Below are positions 13,049-26,570 of a DNA stretch of 64,000 bases, one piece after another; position 1 is the first letter of the stretch; each line of letters begins with the position of its first letter. The position numbers were made by a program, and so were the translations under genes. Below the pieces are notes generated by a model. It had not been told where the DNA came from, ran no database searches, and was given only the letters and a program-made list of their open reading frames with translations. The stretch comes from Haliotis rubra (lineage: Eukaryota): positions 62,001-126,000 of the forward strand of contig NW_025764891.1 of the NCBI RefSeq assembly GCF_003918875.1, read 5' to 3'.

Positions 13049-13978
13049 TAATATCTATAGGAAGATATATTTACAGGTGTTGCAAGATGTAGATGTAGTG
13101 GTTAGATATTATTGTTGTGGTTAGATGTTGCTGCGATGTCTAGATGCTGCTGATGCTTTGATAGATGCAGCGTCCCCCTTGGGGGGCGGGGGGAGACCTG
13201 AGTCATTTACCCCTTCCAACCTCTGTCACCATATTACTAATAGACTACCACAAAATCAGCAAAAACAAACCAGTCAAGTAAGTATAATATGGGATGATGG
13301 AGGCGAACGGTTTTATATCTCACCAAAGCTCCAGGACGCTTCAATAACCCGACGTCAGTGTGTTACCATCTCTTACGACCAAAAAACCCCATCGAGGTTG
13401 CGCACTTCACATCCCAACAGAAGACGCTCTGGCTGCCTGAAGGAACAGTTCCCAACACTACATGCATCAAGGGGCCACAAAAAATAAAAGAAATTATCTG
13501 ATATGAGGGAAAGAATCAACTAGACTGACGCTTAATTGTTTTTCTCACTTCCGATGCATCTTCAATTGCAGGCCATGCCAGTGCAATGCCCAGCCACGGG
13601 GATCACTGGGTCGGCTGCAAGGGGATATTGTCAGGTCACTGGATCGGAGAGGAATAGACTCGGACGTCGACTCGGATGACAAGAAAATTCAAATTGCTGT
13701 CGGTCACGAATTGAAAATGATCATTTGCAGTTGATCTGGGGTCCCCGGCAATGTGTTTATGGCTTCGCTTGTGGCTTTGAATCAAGGGAGTTGCATGCTC
13801 GTGGTGAGTTCTAGCTGTCTCGTCGAAGACATATCATTTACAATTTCAATGAACAGCTCCACGAGGAACCGGTGATGACAGAATCATTCACGTTTCAGAT
13901 CATGTCGATATGTGTGTAAATGTAATTAGTTCTTAGATGATTAATCTACAAAGAGTAGGTGAATGTTTTTTACGTTGG

Positions 13979-14134
13979 AGAGTGAGTGAGTAAGTTTAGT
14001 TTTACGCCTCACTCAGCAATATTCCAGATATATGGTGGCGGTCTGTAAATAATCGAGTCTGGACCAGACAATCCAGTGATCAACAGCATGAGCATCGATC
14101 TGTGCAATCATAAAACTAAACTCACTCACTCACT
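13979..14134 (-). mobile_element. Family B 3' half joined to an inverted tail
   Basis: agtgagtaagtttagttttac at left; taaaactaaactcactcact at right. Confidence 0.8.
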
Positions 14135-14298
14135 TTGCAGCTTTGACAAAGGTGATGTGAAGTGATATGGTGCAGACAAAATAAGGAATCTGGAATTCGA
14201 ACCCGTGACCAATTTTTCTAAGTAGGAAAGACACAATACAGCGGTCTCCTATGGTAATGCTTGCTACTATGACATTTGCAGTCAAACTGCTCAATTTA

Positions 14299-14480
14299 GG
14301 TGGTTGGTTGGTTTGTTATTTAACGCCGCACTCAGCAATTCTCCAGCATCAATGTACGCAATTGGGATACGATGATATGTGTCAACCACGTCAGCGAGCC
14401 TGACCACCCGATCCCGTTAGTCGCCTGTTACGACACGCATGGTTCACTGAAGATCAATTCTAACCCGGATCTTCACGGGT
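14299..14480 (-). mobile_element. Retroposon family B, internally deleted
   Basis: Intact head (reverse complement acccgtgaagatccgggttagaattgatcttcag) and (AACC)n tail. Confidence 0.85.
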
Positions 14481-14514
14481 GAGTAAATTCTGCGAACATT
14501 ACTTTGAAAAGCGC

Positions 14515-14670
14515 TTGGTCAGCCAAGTGTTTGAAGCGTGCGTTCGTCTCGCCGAAGGCCTTGGTTCGATTTCTCAAATGGGTACAATGTGTGAAGCCCA
14601 TTTCTGGTATCCCCAGCTGTGATATTGCTGGAAAATTGCTGAAAGTGGCATAGGCAATAATCACTCACTC
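14515..14670 (+). mobile_element. SINE family A, diverged
   Basis: ggttcgatttctc...gggtacaatgtgtgaagcccatttctgg...tail. Confidence 0.8.
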
Positions 14671-15392
14671 GCTTTAAAAGAATTGTGAACTTTCAGAAAA
14701 ATAGATGTAGTTATTTAGAACAGATTGTTTTCATTTGACTTCAGGTCGTAAAGATAAATACGTTTTTATAAAGATAATGTACTTTTTAAGAATTGAGCTT
14801 AACTGTACGCGGACCATATGTCAAGATGACAAGTTCGTCACTTTCTTGGACCAGTGCCGAGCTGCACTCTCGGGGCCGTCAACACCTAGACGAGTTCGAT
14901 CAGTCTCGAATATAGCGTTATAACGAGAGTACTTGTGCTCCTGCTCGTTGACTTCCACTTCAGAAGACAGTCTAGACACTACATACCGTCATATTTGTGA
15001 GAGACTGGAGCTGAAGGTGATACGCTAATACCTAGTCAACAAGATGGTAAGGACATCCTGAACAGACGTCTGGTCTCGTGTCATCGTTGTTTCTGCTCGA
15101 ATTACGTACCCACCGATCAACCGAACCGCATTTCTAATCATGTATTCTTGCACGATATCCTCAGGTTTATCAAAACTGAAAGATTTATGATATTGATGTG
15201 ATTAATGCCTTTGAATTGCTTAAACTTAGCCGTGTTAGTCTGGGCTCTAGACCTCTGGGCGAATTGTGTTGCCTCTCCTGAACTTGTATGTCATTTGCTG
15301 TCCGCCTTCTTACTTCATAAGCCTGAAAAGCCTCCTCCTCCTCATAAATAGTTCCCTTTCATTCCGATAATGGTCAATGGTTTTTTCAGGCC

Positions 15393-15558
15393 TGACTGGC
15401 TGAGTTGGGTTTTACGCCGCTTTTAGCTATCTTCCAGTAATATCAAGGCGGGGAAACACCAGAAATAGGCTCCAGACACTGTAGGAATGTAGGGAATCGA
15501 ACCGGGCCTTCGGCGTGACTAGCAAACACTATAACCGCTAGGCTACCCCGACGACCCT
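15393..15558 (-). mobile_element. SINE family A
   Basis: Reverse complement of family A. Confidence 0.85.
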
Positions 15559-15886
15559 TATGTTCACGTTTCTGAGTGTACTCCCTCCCTACTGAGACAT
15601 CTTAGAAGTTGGTGAATGATTTCGGCTAGTGTTCTCTGAAATAACCAATGAAAAGGCCACCAAAAGATTAAGGGTCGAAAGAATGTAAACCCAGTTCGAA
15701 TTTTTCAGTGCAATTAAAGCTTGAAAGAACTTTTGTAAATTGTTGAAAATGTCTATTTGACGGTTACTCATTCCTGCAACAGTTATCGAAAGCAATCGGC
15801 AGCAGTGTAATTGTGTCTAAATATGTATTTGTTGAAGACTAAGATATATATGCCAAAGCCATAAACCCCCCACCCCCATGACATAC

Positions 15887-16663
15887 GAACCTGACATACA
15901 CCCATTACTCCTGTTGAATATAACTTGACATACACCCACTACTCCTGTTAAATCGAACCTGACATACACCCACTACTCCTGTTAAATCGAACCTGACATA
16001 CACCCACTACTCCTGTTAAATCGAACCTGACATACACCCACTACTCCTGTTAAATCGAACCTGACATACACCCACTACTCCTGTTTAATCGAATCCCAAC
16101 ATACACCCACTACTCCTGTTAAATCGAACCCAAACATACACCCACCACTCTTGTTAAATCGAACCCAAACATACACCAACTACTCCTGTTAAATCGAACC
16201 TGACATACACCCACTACTCCTGTTAAATCGAACCTGACATACACCAACTACTCCTGTTAAATCGAACCTGACATACAACCACTACTTCTGTTAAATCGAA
16301 TCCCAACATACACTCACTACACCTGTTAAATCGAACCCAAATATACACCCACTACTCCTGTTAAATCGAACCCAAACATACACCTACTCCTGTTAAATCG
16401 AACCTGACATACACCCACTACTCCTGTTAAATCGAACCTGACATACACCAACTACTCCTGTTAAATCGAACCTGACATACAACCACTACTTCTGTTAAAT
16501 CGAATCCCAACATACACTCACTACACCTGTTAAATCGAACCCAAATATACACCCACTACTCCTGTTAAATCGAACCCAAACATACACCTACTCCTGTTAA
16601 ATCGAACCTGACATACACCCACTACTCCTGTTAAATCGAACCTGACATACACCCACTACTCCT
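15887..16663. repeat. 34-bp minisatellite, ~23 copies, with a duplicated 204-bp higher-order block
   Basis: Unit gaacctgacatacacccactactcctgttaaatc. Confidence 0.95.
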
Positions 16664-17737
16664 ACTTGTACTGAGTTCCATCTCATATCGTAAGATTCAA
16701 TTCAGAATTATACTGCAGCTTAAAAACTATTCTACCACGCATAATATGTATCCATGATTATATAAAGAGCATAAATGATATATGTAAACGTCAGGCCAGG
16801 ACAGACCGCTGTCCGACAGATAGATTACCCAGAATCCCCTGAGGGAGGAAGATGGCGACTACTGTCTGCATCCGCGTTGGTGTTTGCATTCCGGCTGCAC
16901 CTTTGGTTTGCCATTGCTTCAAACACCCTACTGTTTGCTGGCGAGAGATGCTCTCGAAGCTGCATTTAACTCAATCAGACTATATGGGGGATTCCAGCAC
17001 ATTGTGTGATGCAATCAATGTGTGAGCACATCCTCAAGTTGTCCGACCTCTGTGTAAGAGAGTATTAACCCTCTTTCTGCTGATGGCGGAGTAGTTCGCC
17101 CAGGCGCTGTGGTAATGGAGTCGTATCTAAACAGAAGGGTTTTTGTTGCTTCGAGTTGTGTCGATATTGTCATCTTGGGCCAATAAGTGTATTTTTGTCT
17201 ATTCAGATCAGACTGTTCGTTTGAATAGTTAAAACAACAATATGCATGAGAGCAAGGTGAAGTGCCAGGTAAAATTCATAACGAAAATACAAATTGCAAA
17301 TATCAATGGTCCGAGATGTAGATTTGAGATGATATTGTTGTTGAAGGGTATGTATATTTGTGCATACACATAAACTCCTGTATTGAGACATGGGCGTAAG
17401 GCGTTGCCTGTTCATGCCAAAGGTACGGGCTCACCTTCACAGTACACAGAATTTACACAAAAGAAATAGGTATATACAATTTTATGATTTTAATGAACAG
17501 GTAATTACGGTCTAAAGCAACGAGTATATTCAATATTCTACATATACTGCCTTGAAGTCAGTCAGTGCTTAATTTCTAGATTCGTGTCTTCATGTACAGG
17601 TGTAAAGATAAGGAGTCATTGACAGTTTAAAAATCACCGTAACTGATTCTAATTATTGACAATATCTCTGAATGAACCCAGTACTGTGTGTTCGTTGGTG
17701 TCTTCCGTTGAGTTGAGTTGAGACGAGTTTCAGCGTT

Positions 17738-17835
17738 TGCACATATAGCAGAATGGGTTCACACATATAGCAGAAAGGTTTCACACATATAGCAGAAAGG
17801 TTTCACACATATAGCAGAAAGGTTTCACACATATA
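17738..17835. repeat. Short tandem repeat, ~21-22 bp unit
   Basis: ttcacacatatagcagaaaggt x ~4.5. Confidence 0.85.
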
Positions 17836-18608
17836 GATATTAAGAATCGAAATCCAGTCGTCCCCTAGTCGTCTATCGCAATTCTGTCCCCGAGAAGCTA
17901 GCATGGCTAAAACACACAGAAACCTGCTACAATTTCAACACCGTACACCACAAGGGGTTAAGGGGACCCAGTGTAAGTGAGAATCAATGATGCGTCGGAC
18001 ACAAGGCTCCCAGCCCTTGATTTCACACTCCAAACTAGATGCTCTCCATGCTCAATGACACCTTCATCGGAGAGTTATTCCCCCGTGATTCTCAAGATGG
18101 CCGCTAGGTGTGAAATTTGTCAGTATCGTGGCAGGATAAACTAGTCGCCAAACACGTTCTCCTTTGGGGACATCTGGCGGCTTTAAATATTTCATTTTCC
18201 CCCAAATTTAATTTTCAAGAAGTAGAGTTGACAAAGCGGTGTGTTCATTAGCTAGGCAGGTGATCCCTTTTGTGAAAAACCTTTCTTTGCTGAAAATCAT
18301 CAATTGTTAATTCTATTCTGAGTGTTACGTATGACTGCCAATAAACCTTCAAATTATTAATACTTGACTTGTGCGTTATTATGCATTGCTGCTAGAGGAT
18401 GTGGTGCACGTTGCTGTCGGGGAATGCTAGTAGCATGATGTAATCTCTGACATTTGAGAGCAGTATAGATGATTCAATTCATTACCGATATTCATTGTAC
18501 TTCAAGTAAATATATCGATCTGAGTGCTTACTCCAAATGAGAAACACTTTTACTTTGAAAATAATTTTAACGCATCATTGAAGCCACGTCTACCGTAACT
18601 TGATCAGA

Positions 18609-18779
18609 CTGACTGACTGACTCAATTTGGTTTTACGCCGCTTTTAGCAATATTCCAGCAACATCACGGCGGGGGACACCAGAAATGGGCTTCACACATT
18701 GTGCCCATGTGGGGATTCGAACCCGGGTCTTCGGCGTGACGAGCCTACGCTTTAACCATTAGGCTACCCCACCGCCCCT
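18609..18779 (-). mobile_element. SINE family A, young copy with 13-bp TSD
   Basis: TSD taacttgatcaga at 18596-18608 and 18780-18792. Confidence 0.95.
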
Positions 18780-18827
18780 TAACTTGATCAGATGTAGTAG
18801 TGGTCAGGGTATCAGTTACGTATTTGG

Positions 18828-19021
18828 TGAGTGAGTGAGTGAGTGGGTGGGTGGGTGGTTGTGTGAGTGAGTGAGTGAGTGAGTAAGTGGGTGGGTGGGT
18901 GTTTAAGTGAGTGAATGAGTGGGTGGGTGTTTGAGTGAGTGGATGGGTGTTTGAGTGGGTGCGTGAGTGAGTGAGTGAATGGGTGGATTTGGGGTGGGTG
19001 ATTTAGTGAGTGAGTGAGTGA
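18828..19021. repeat. (GAGT/GGGT)n microsatellite
   Basis: Direct reading. Confidence 0.9.
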
Positions 19022-20000
19022 GGAGATGGTTCCAAGTATGTTTTTTATGCTGTATGGTTGTATGAGTGAGTGAGCTGGGTTAAAGCCTGCCTTAGCAATA
19101 TGTCAGTTCTATTACGGCGAGCCTCACATAGAGGGAGAGCTCACAGTTACCTTGGGAGAAGATAATTTAGTGAAATCACTGAGTGCAGGTTTCTGACTCA
19201 GCTGGCGATGTTGGAAAGTATGTTTGTCTCTAAATGAAATCGTAAGGGTTCTCCTTTCAAAGAAAATAATTTCTTGTTTGGAAGCAGTGACCTAGAAACG
19301 TCTGACCTATCGCAACCCCTGGGATGTTAAATGGTATAACCTGAACAGGGAACTGTTTCAGGTAAAACACTAGTTATCATCATCTCACAGAATAGAATTA
19401 CACATTTCTGTTATCTATTCCATCACTTAACAGCTGATGAAGGGATAATGAACAACTGCACGGTTGTTTTGTCAGATTCTCACAGGTGCTTTTCTGAAAT
19501 CACCCAAAGGAAGGGGTCATTATCGTTTACTAATGAACAGTCGGCGCCTTTGATCTGCCACCAACCTGTAGAAATGTACCTATCTAAATACAGCAGCTGT
19601 CAGTGGCATTGTCAGTAACAATACTTCAAGACACAACTACATCGTCTACTGCTACTAAGACTACATCCTTTGAAGCCACTTCCACTCTGTAGAAAAGCTC
19701 TACATGCATCCTTCTCTCGCTACAACCACTGTTGCCTATGGCTAGTTTACTAAGTGCAACACAGCCNNNNNNNNNNNNNNNNNNNNNNNNNNNNNNNNNN
19801 NNNNNNNNNNNNNNNNNNNNNNNNNNNNNNNNNNNNNNNNNNNNNNNNNNNNNNNNNNNNNNNNNNNNNNNNNNNNNNNNNNNNNNNNNNNNNNNNNNNN
19901 NNNNNNNNNNNNNNNNNNNNNNNNNNNNNNNNNNNNNNNNNNNNNNNNNNNNNNNNNNNNNNNNNNNNNNNNNNNNNNNNNNNNNNNNNNNNNNNNNNNN

Positions 20001-20407
20001 ACTACTACTGCTGCGACTACTACTACGACCACTACCACTGCTACTACTGCTACTACTACCACCACTACTACTACTACTACTACGGCAACTACAACTACCC
20101 CTGCTACTACTACAGACAGGCAGACTACTACTACTGCTGCGACTACTACTACGACTACTACACAGTCATCACTACTGCTACTTCAACTACTACTGCTGCT
20201 GCTACACAACCGAAACCACTACACCGCTATCACTACTAGTGCTACTGCTTCTTCTTCTTCTACTACTACTACTTCTACTACTACTACTACTACTTCTACT
20301 ACTACTACGGCAACTACAACTACCCATGCTACTACTACAGACAGACAGACTACTACTATTACCACTACTACTATCACTACTACTACTACTACTACTACTA
20401 ATACTAT

Positions 20408-20441
<34 letters not shown>

Positions 20442-20455
20442 GCTTCTACAACCAC
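20001..20455. repeat. Compound (CTA)n microsatellite
   Basis: cta/ctg/ctt triplets; source of the poly-L/Y/V ORFs. Confidence 0.95.
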
Positions 20456-21199
20456 CATAACTGACCGCACCGGTTCACCTACAGTAACTAAGGCTGCTCC
20501 ACCGACATTTTAACATAACCCCCATCATTACATCCAATCTGGCCGCCAATATAAATCACAGGCGGTTGAGACAGAAGAATGCCGCCAGACAGTATTCTCG
20601 ACGTCACTGCACGCGGCTGAAAGGCCAATGACCTATAGTGAGAGCCATCAATTCTCATCTCTAGCAACAGGTGCTCGTTTGGGTCAGAGTATGTGACCAT
20701 TGTAGTATCATCGACACGTCGACATACAGGTCATGCCTCTTGGTCAGTTTGGACACGGGAGGTCAAGGGTCAAATTAAACGAAGTCACCTGATTCCTGCA
20801 GAGTCCTCTGCTATTATACGAAAGATGTTTGATGGCGGGGCTAGCTGAGACAGAGGAACAGGTGTCTTGGCGTCAGGTCAAAGGTTGTGAAATGCCACCT
20901 GTTTGGTGGGAGGGAGAGGGTTGGGTGGGAGGTGGGGGTGTCTTTGTAGTGAGGGTAGGTAGAGGGATGTTTTTGTAGTGAGAGAGCGAGAGACAATAGG
21001 GAGGGATTTGGGGACACGGTGGGTTTGCCATGTACTTGAAAATAAATTAGGGAGTTGGAGTTTGTAGTGGAGAATTTGGAAGGCGGTCGGTGAAAGGGGG
21101 TGGGGCGATAGAGGCAACCGTAGCAAATCTAGACTTTTATCAATGGGGCTTTTTTCAAAAGCCGAGACAATAATATAGTTTAAGGACTGTGGGACAAAG

Positions 21200-21319
21200 A
21201 CACAAACACACTCACAAACACACACACATACACACACTCACACACACAAATACACAGACAGAGAGAAAAAACCCACAGAGAGACACACACAAACAAAGAC
21301 ACAGACACAGACACAGACG

Positions 21320-21380
<61 letters not shown>
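21200..21380. repeat. (CA)n microsatellite
   Basis: Direct reading. Confidence 0.95.
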
Positions 21381-21385
<5 letters not shown>

Positions 21386-21907
21386 GATAGGAAGATCATT
21401 TGTGGCTTCTGTGCCTGATGCTACTGGCTATCGGTAATTGCTGACGGAGAAGTAGTTGCTGAAGTAGATGACTGTTGTCCAGGGCGTCCCCCTCGCGGGT
21501 ATAATGAAGTAAACAAATATGTAATGAAGTAATGGAAGGTGATCATTTACAGAGCTTCGGGGGACGACCGTGGCCTTCGTTCGGCGAGGCCAGCCATCAT
21601 TTATTGGAGCAAACCGAGGCCATCATTTAAACTGTACAGGCGCAGCAGAACTGCTAACAGAAGCTGACTGACTGAGTTTGGTTTTACGCCGCTTTTAGCA
21701 ATATTCCAGTCAAACACCAGAAATGTTCACAGGCGCAGGTTGTTCACGAGCTTTAACTGCTACTTTACAGAATAAGGCACAGTCGACTTCGCTGTAGAGC
21801 AGATTCATTTACTGTTTGTTATCAGCATCCTTATTTACCACACCTGTTGGGACATCGAATTGGATCGAATGACATCGTGATTCCGATTTACTGTAATATT
21901 GACAATG

Positions 21908-21956
<49 letters not shown>

Positions 21957-21990
21957 GTCGTCGTCGTCATCGTCGTCGTCATCATCGTCA
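21908..21990. repeat. (CAT)n/(CGT)n microsatellite (second CAT tract at ~22233-22280)
   Basis: Direct reading. Confidence 0.95.
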
Positions 21991-22639
21991 TTTACAATAT
22001 GAACATATTATCTTTCTACGCATACTTAAGTACATGTAAATATCTGATGGGAAATAATGGGTAATGTAAACATGACATGCCTTACATGCTATCAGATGCA
22101 GTCAAACCTGTATTATACAATATTAACAATGTTATGTATCTATGCATACTTGTGTTCATGTTGACATCTACGCATACTTATGTACATGTAAACATCTGCT
22201 GGGAAATAAAAACAAACACATAAAAAAAATTAATCATCATCATCACCACAATCATCATCATCATCATCATCATCATCATTATTACATAAGCTTTTGCTTG
22301 AGGTCAGGACATTTTCGTGAAGCCATTTAGCATTATTCCGTAAAGAGCCACAGGTCCTCGGGTTCAGTTCGTGATGAACACAAACAAACAACCACTGCAG
22401 CCATGCTTGACGAGCTGGTCTGAACAGCTTAATGAGGTAGCGCCTGTAATGAAGACCACCTTGTCAGAGCGCATATTTACTCCGGGTCTATTAAGTCCCA
22501 TCTTTATGTATGCATTCTTTCATTGAGACATGTGTTTCTTCGAGATGGTGGACTCCCAGTTAAACAGCAACACGTGGTTGTATTTGCGAAAAATTAACTA
22601 CAAATGTCCTTGTTTGGCCAGTACAGTCAAATGAAAGCA

Positions 22640-22734
22640 GGGGATTCAACAAGTGCTCGTGAGTGTTTGTTTGTGCATTATAGCCTAGGGGATTCAACAA
22701 GTGCTCGTGAGTGTTTGTTTGTGCATTATAGCCT
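22640..22734. repeat. ~49-bp tandem duplication
   Basis: ggggattcaacaagtgctcgtgagtgtttgtttgtgcattatagcct twice. Confidence 0.9.
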
Positions 22735-23639
22735 CTGTCATACTGGCCTCTTGGCCTCTTAACCTTCAGCTGACCCTTTAAGGTCACTCCAAAATCGTCC
22801 GACATATGGCGCTTAAGTCGCACCTGTCGTTGGCTTCTTACAATACATTGACGATGCAGGTGAATAAAAATGAATAGCACATTTTGAGATTGAAGTTAGA
22901 TTACAAGATTTTTGATTTCCGTATTAATGATCCGAACAAAGGCTGATTATTGATTAGTTGGATTCATTCCGGAAACAGATGTTAATGGAGACAAGCGATG
23001 GCGAAGCGGCATCAGTACCAAAAGAACATCGATCATGATGAATTGGGACAATGTAGAAGAAGTCTCATTAGTTGAAAATGACACTTTCGGATAATGACGG
23101 AACGGTAGAAGTCGCCTGCTTGAGGATTCAGAGCTCCACCTTCTCTCACTTCATTGCTTGACAAATATGGCGAGAGAAAGTGTCACTAAAGTCATCAATG
23201 TGTTCACTGAGGCGCACCATGTGAATATGCCTTCAGCTCGCCGTAAGCACCTTACACGTGTGGGTACACCTTGAGGTGTTTTAAGATCTGTACTTCCTGG
23301 AAAGTCAGTACTTGTTTGAGCCCTCCTCTTGTAAACGTAAGCGTTCTGGAGACAACAATAAAAACATGCCCCTCCTCAGCGAAAACAGCTAGCACCGATC
23401 ATGAGAGTTGGGGAAGGAACTGATAAAAGACAAAGGTTTCAGCAGTCTGGGTTCAAAGGCTTCTGGCTTTTGATCAGAAACGCTTTAATTTCATCATCTC
23501 AGGTGAGAATTTACTTCGTCTTGAAGATGACCCACCTGATTTTGTTGAGTAATTGGATACATCTGTGGTACACCATTATCAGTCAGAGTCTAAACAACAG
23601 CGAAAGCAGCGGAATGCCTAACACTATGATAAATCCATC

Positions 23640-23792
23640 AGGGGCCGATGGGGTAGCCTAATGGTAAAGCGTCTGCTCCTCACGCCGAAGACCTGGGTTC
23701 GATTCCCCAAATGGGTACAATGTGTGAAGCCCTTTTCTGGTGTTCTCCGCTTGAATATTGTTAAAAGCGGAGTAAAACTAAACTCACTTTCT
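23640..23792 (+). mobile_element. SINE family A
   Basis: A/B boxes, body, tail. Confidence 0.85.
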
Positions 23793-24477
23793 CAATTCCA
23801 TCAGCTGGCTAGGGGTTGGGTTCTGTTTTGTGGAATTCTAAATACACTAAATGCCAAAAGAAACGTTACCCTAGCCTCCTAACTATATGAATAACTTTAA
23901 AAAATATCAAAGATATGTTAGGAGGTATTAGTTTACAAGAAAGCTTAACAACACAGCTTTATGCAAATCACGAAAAATCTTTCTCAAATGCATTCATATT
24001 TAGGTGAAATGCATCTTTTCAGAAGAGTTAAATTGTCCTATTTTCGACCATGCCGAAATAAACCAATAACAGTGACTTAGATGACCAAAAGAAAGGTTGA
24101 AATAAAATTCTGCTGTGGGACAAAGATAAACCATTTGAAGTCACCATTTTTCAACTATTAAAACAAGAAACAACTGTTGTAGAGTGTAAAATCGTAAAAG
24201 AATAATTCCTATGATTTCAGTCTTTTAAAACATTTTCTACTGATTTGCATTAGTGAATAAGTAAAACGTGTTTTTGATATTGTGAAGAAGTGTTTAGGAA
24301 CATCTAAAATTATTTTTGTTAACATTTTTGCTTCCAAAGTAACATTTTTCCATTTTCTGTTTACACATAGCAATATCAATCGCCAAAACGTAGCAATATT
24401 CAAGCAGTATTTGCATCAATTCTATAGGGTATAAAGAGAGACTAGAATGCATGATATGATACGCAAGTACGAGAAAT

Positions 24478-24693
24478 ATGCCACGATTAACAGCTGAAGA
24501 GAGAGAAAGAGCCATTGGGATGGAGCATGTTTGGTCGACATACAATGCTGTTGCCAACGGCATCGGATGCCACCGTATCACGGTTATAAGACTTATTCAG
24601 CGCTACAGACAGACTGGGGTCACCGTAGATAAACCAAGAAGTGGACGTCCACGCATCACAAAGCCAGCTGAAGATAGGTACCTCCGTCATTAA
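24478..24693 (+). pseudogene. Tc1-like transposase N-terminal fragment (paired-like HTH, GRPR motif)
   Basis: MPRLTAEERERAIGM...RYRQTGVTVDKPRSGRPRITKPAEDRYL; no DDE domain follows. Confidence 0.85.
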
Positions 24694-25260
24694 GGAAGGA
24701 GGGTAACGTTTCTTTTGGCGTTTAGTGTACTGACGGAATGCACCGAGAAAGGTCAGAACATAAATGACCAATATTATGCGAATGTCAATGCTGGCCCTTC
24801 CTTCAGTACATTGCGCCGAATTCACCATATATGGTACCGTAAACCTGTATCTCTTGGAACACTTGACACACTGTCGGTCAAGCGGATTTCAAACTGCGAT
24901 GACGTCATCACCACTGTAAACGTCTTACATCACCATTAGTACAGGGATATACTTTGTTAGTGTCATAAGTTTTCAGTCAACACTAGAAGGTGGTAGCCAT
25001 CACCCCTGGCTTTGTTTTGTATAAAGGTAAACCTTTGTCTTTAGAATGCCTGGGCGCGTAGTAAGTTGGCTGAAATGTCAATATACAATTGCAAAGATCA
25101 CAACGTTGAAGGCAAGAATCAGGAGTCGAACCTAAGGTGTGGGTTGATACCGCTCTAGCAGCCAGCCAGCCAGCCAGCCAGCCAGACAGCCAGCCAGCCA
25201 GCCAGACAAACAGACAGACAGACAAACAGACGGTTTATTCAGTAAAGAGGGTATGGATCC

Positions 25261-25415
25261 ATAACGCTCTTTTCTTCTATTTCAGGGAAATGACTACAAC
25301 CGTGAAATGTGACTTGTTAATCGATTTAAACTTAAAATAACACTTATTAATTAGTTTTTACGTTGAAGGTGGAAGGGAAAAATAAATGGTAATGGAATTA
25401 ACGATTGAGTAACAC
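25261..25415 (+). repeat. ~155-bp segment with a near-identical inverted copy at 31539-31693
   Basis: ataacgctct...gagtaacac is the reverse complement of gtgttactc...gagcgttat with few mismatches. Confidence 0.9.
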
Positions 25416-26345
25416 AGACAATGTTTCATTGCATGAAACGCGCATGCCTGTGAAGTAATTGATTACGTGTCCCTTAGCTGTTGGACTTTACATAAATATA
25501 GACATGAGTTATATACAGCAAAAGTTTTCGGGTGAAAGAATTTCGATCAAAGATGTTACAGTGTGGGACTTGTTAAGATATATATATATATCTTAGGGCT
25601 GAATAACGCTGACATGCAAGCAATATATGAAATCTTCAACAAAGGATCTAGATTAGGGCAACTGCTCTACTAACAGTGTCTATGAAGCAGCTGTACGTCA
25701 AGGGATGCTGAGTCATTGTCTCACAGGGGAATGTTTGTTTTCCTTCCATAAATATTTCAACAGAACGCAAACATCGAAGATTAAATAATTCAATTAAATT
25801 ACGACAAGGTCTTAAAACAATTAGTGCTTGGGCAATCTTGTATTATTGAATTTCACGTATCAATACGTCCTGAGTGCTGTCATTAAATAGAAAGAAAAAT
25901 ACATTTTCAAATACCTATTTTATCGTGGAGGAAAGTAATTTGAAACACGTGATAAATGACAGTCTCCCTTAACGGCGTGTGGACGTGACGAATTCCCCGT
26001 TAGCACGTACAATAGTGCAAATGGGTTTCACGGCCACTGACCATTACCTGACATAGTGGTTGATAGTTAACGGTCACTCGAAATCCAGCAGTGTGCCGCA
26101 GTGTTATAAAACCAAAACATCTCATTCTCTACTAGGACGGGGTAATGCTTCGGCGTGGGAAGACTCTCTATTGACTTAGATTCGAGTATCTAGTATATAA
26201 ACCATAAATGAATGTGATTAGTAAAGTGGTGCTGAAGTATCGCTGAAACTAGTCTCGTTCCTTCAGCGGCCATGCTTCAATGACGTCACTGAGCCTGGCG
26301 TCGCCGTTTGTCGCCTCTTACAGGCATGGGTTGCTGTCGGTTCTG

Positions 26346-26570
26346 ATCCGTGAAGATCCGGATTAGAATTGGTCTTCAGCAACCCATGCTTGTCATAAGA
26401 ATCGACAAACGGAATCGGGTGGTCAGGTTCCCTGGCTTGGTTGACAATCTTATCTCATTTGCACAGATCGATGATCATGCTGTTAATCACCAGACTCGAT
26501 TATTGACAGACCGTAAAGCTGGAATATTGCTGAGTGCTGCGTTAACATAAACAACAAACAAAACAAAACA
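26346..26570 (+). mobile_element. Retroposon family B, diverged
   Basis: atccgtgaagatccggattagaattggtcttcag...gctggaatattgctgagtgc + (AAAC)n. Confidence 0.85.

Noticed and set aside
13125-13487. 120-aa ORF
   Set aside because: No recognisable domain or splice context; begins in low-complexity gatgt repeats.
15720-15800. Tc1-like peptide AGMSNRQI on the minus strand
   Set aside because: Too short, with no GRPR motif or TIR to support it.
15887-16663. CRISPR-like periodicity (also 52169-52390 and 43630-44212)
   Set aside because: Head-to-tail repeats with no unique spacers, no cas genes, eukaryotic context.
19620-20460. Thr-rich mucin-like exon
   Set aside because: The Thr frame shifts and hits stops, no clear splice sites, and similar CTA tracts recur elsewhere; the gap prevents full exclusion.
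21500-21545. SECIS element (ATGA...GA)
   Set aside because: Helix II cannot form and no selenoprotein exon is nearby.
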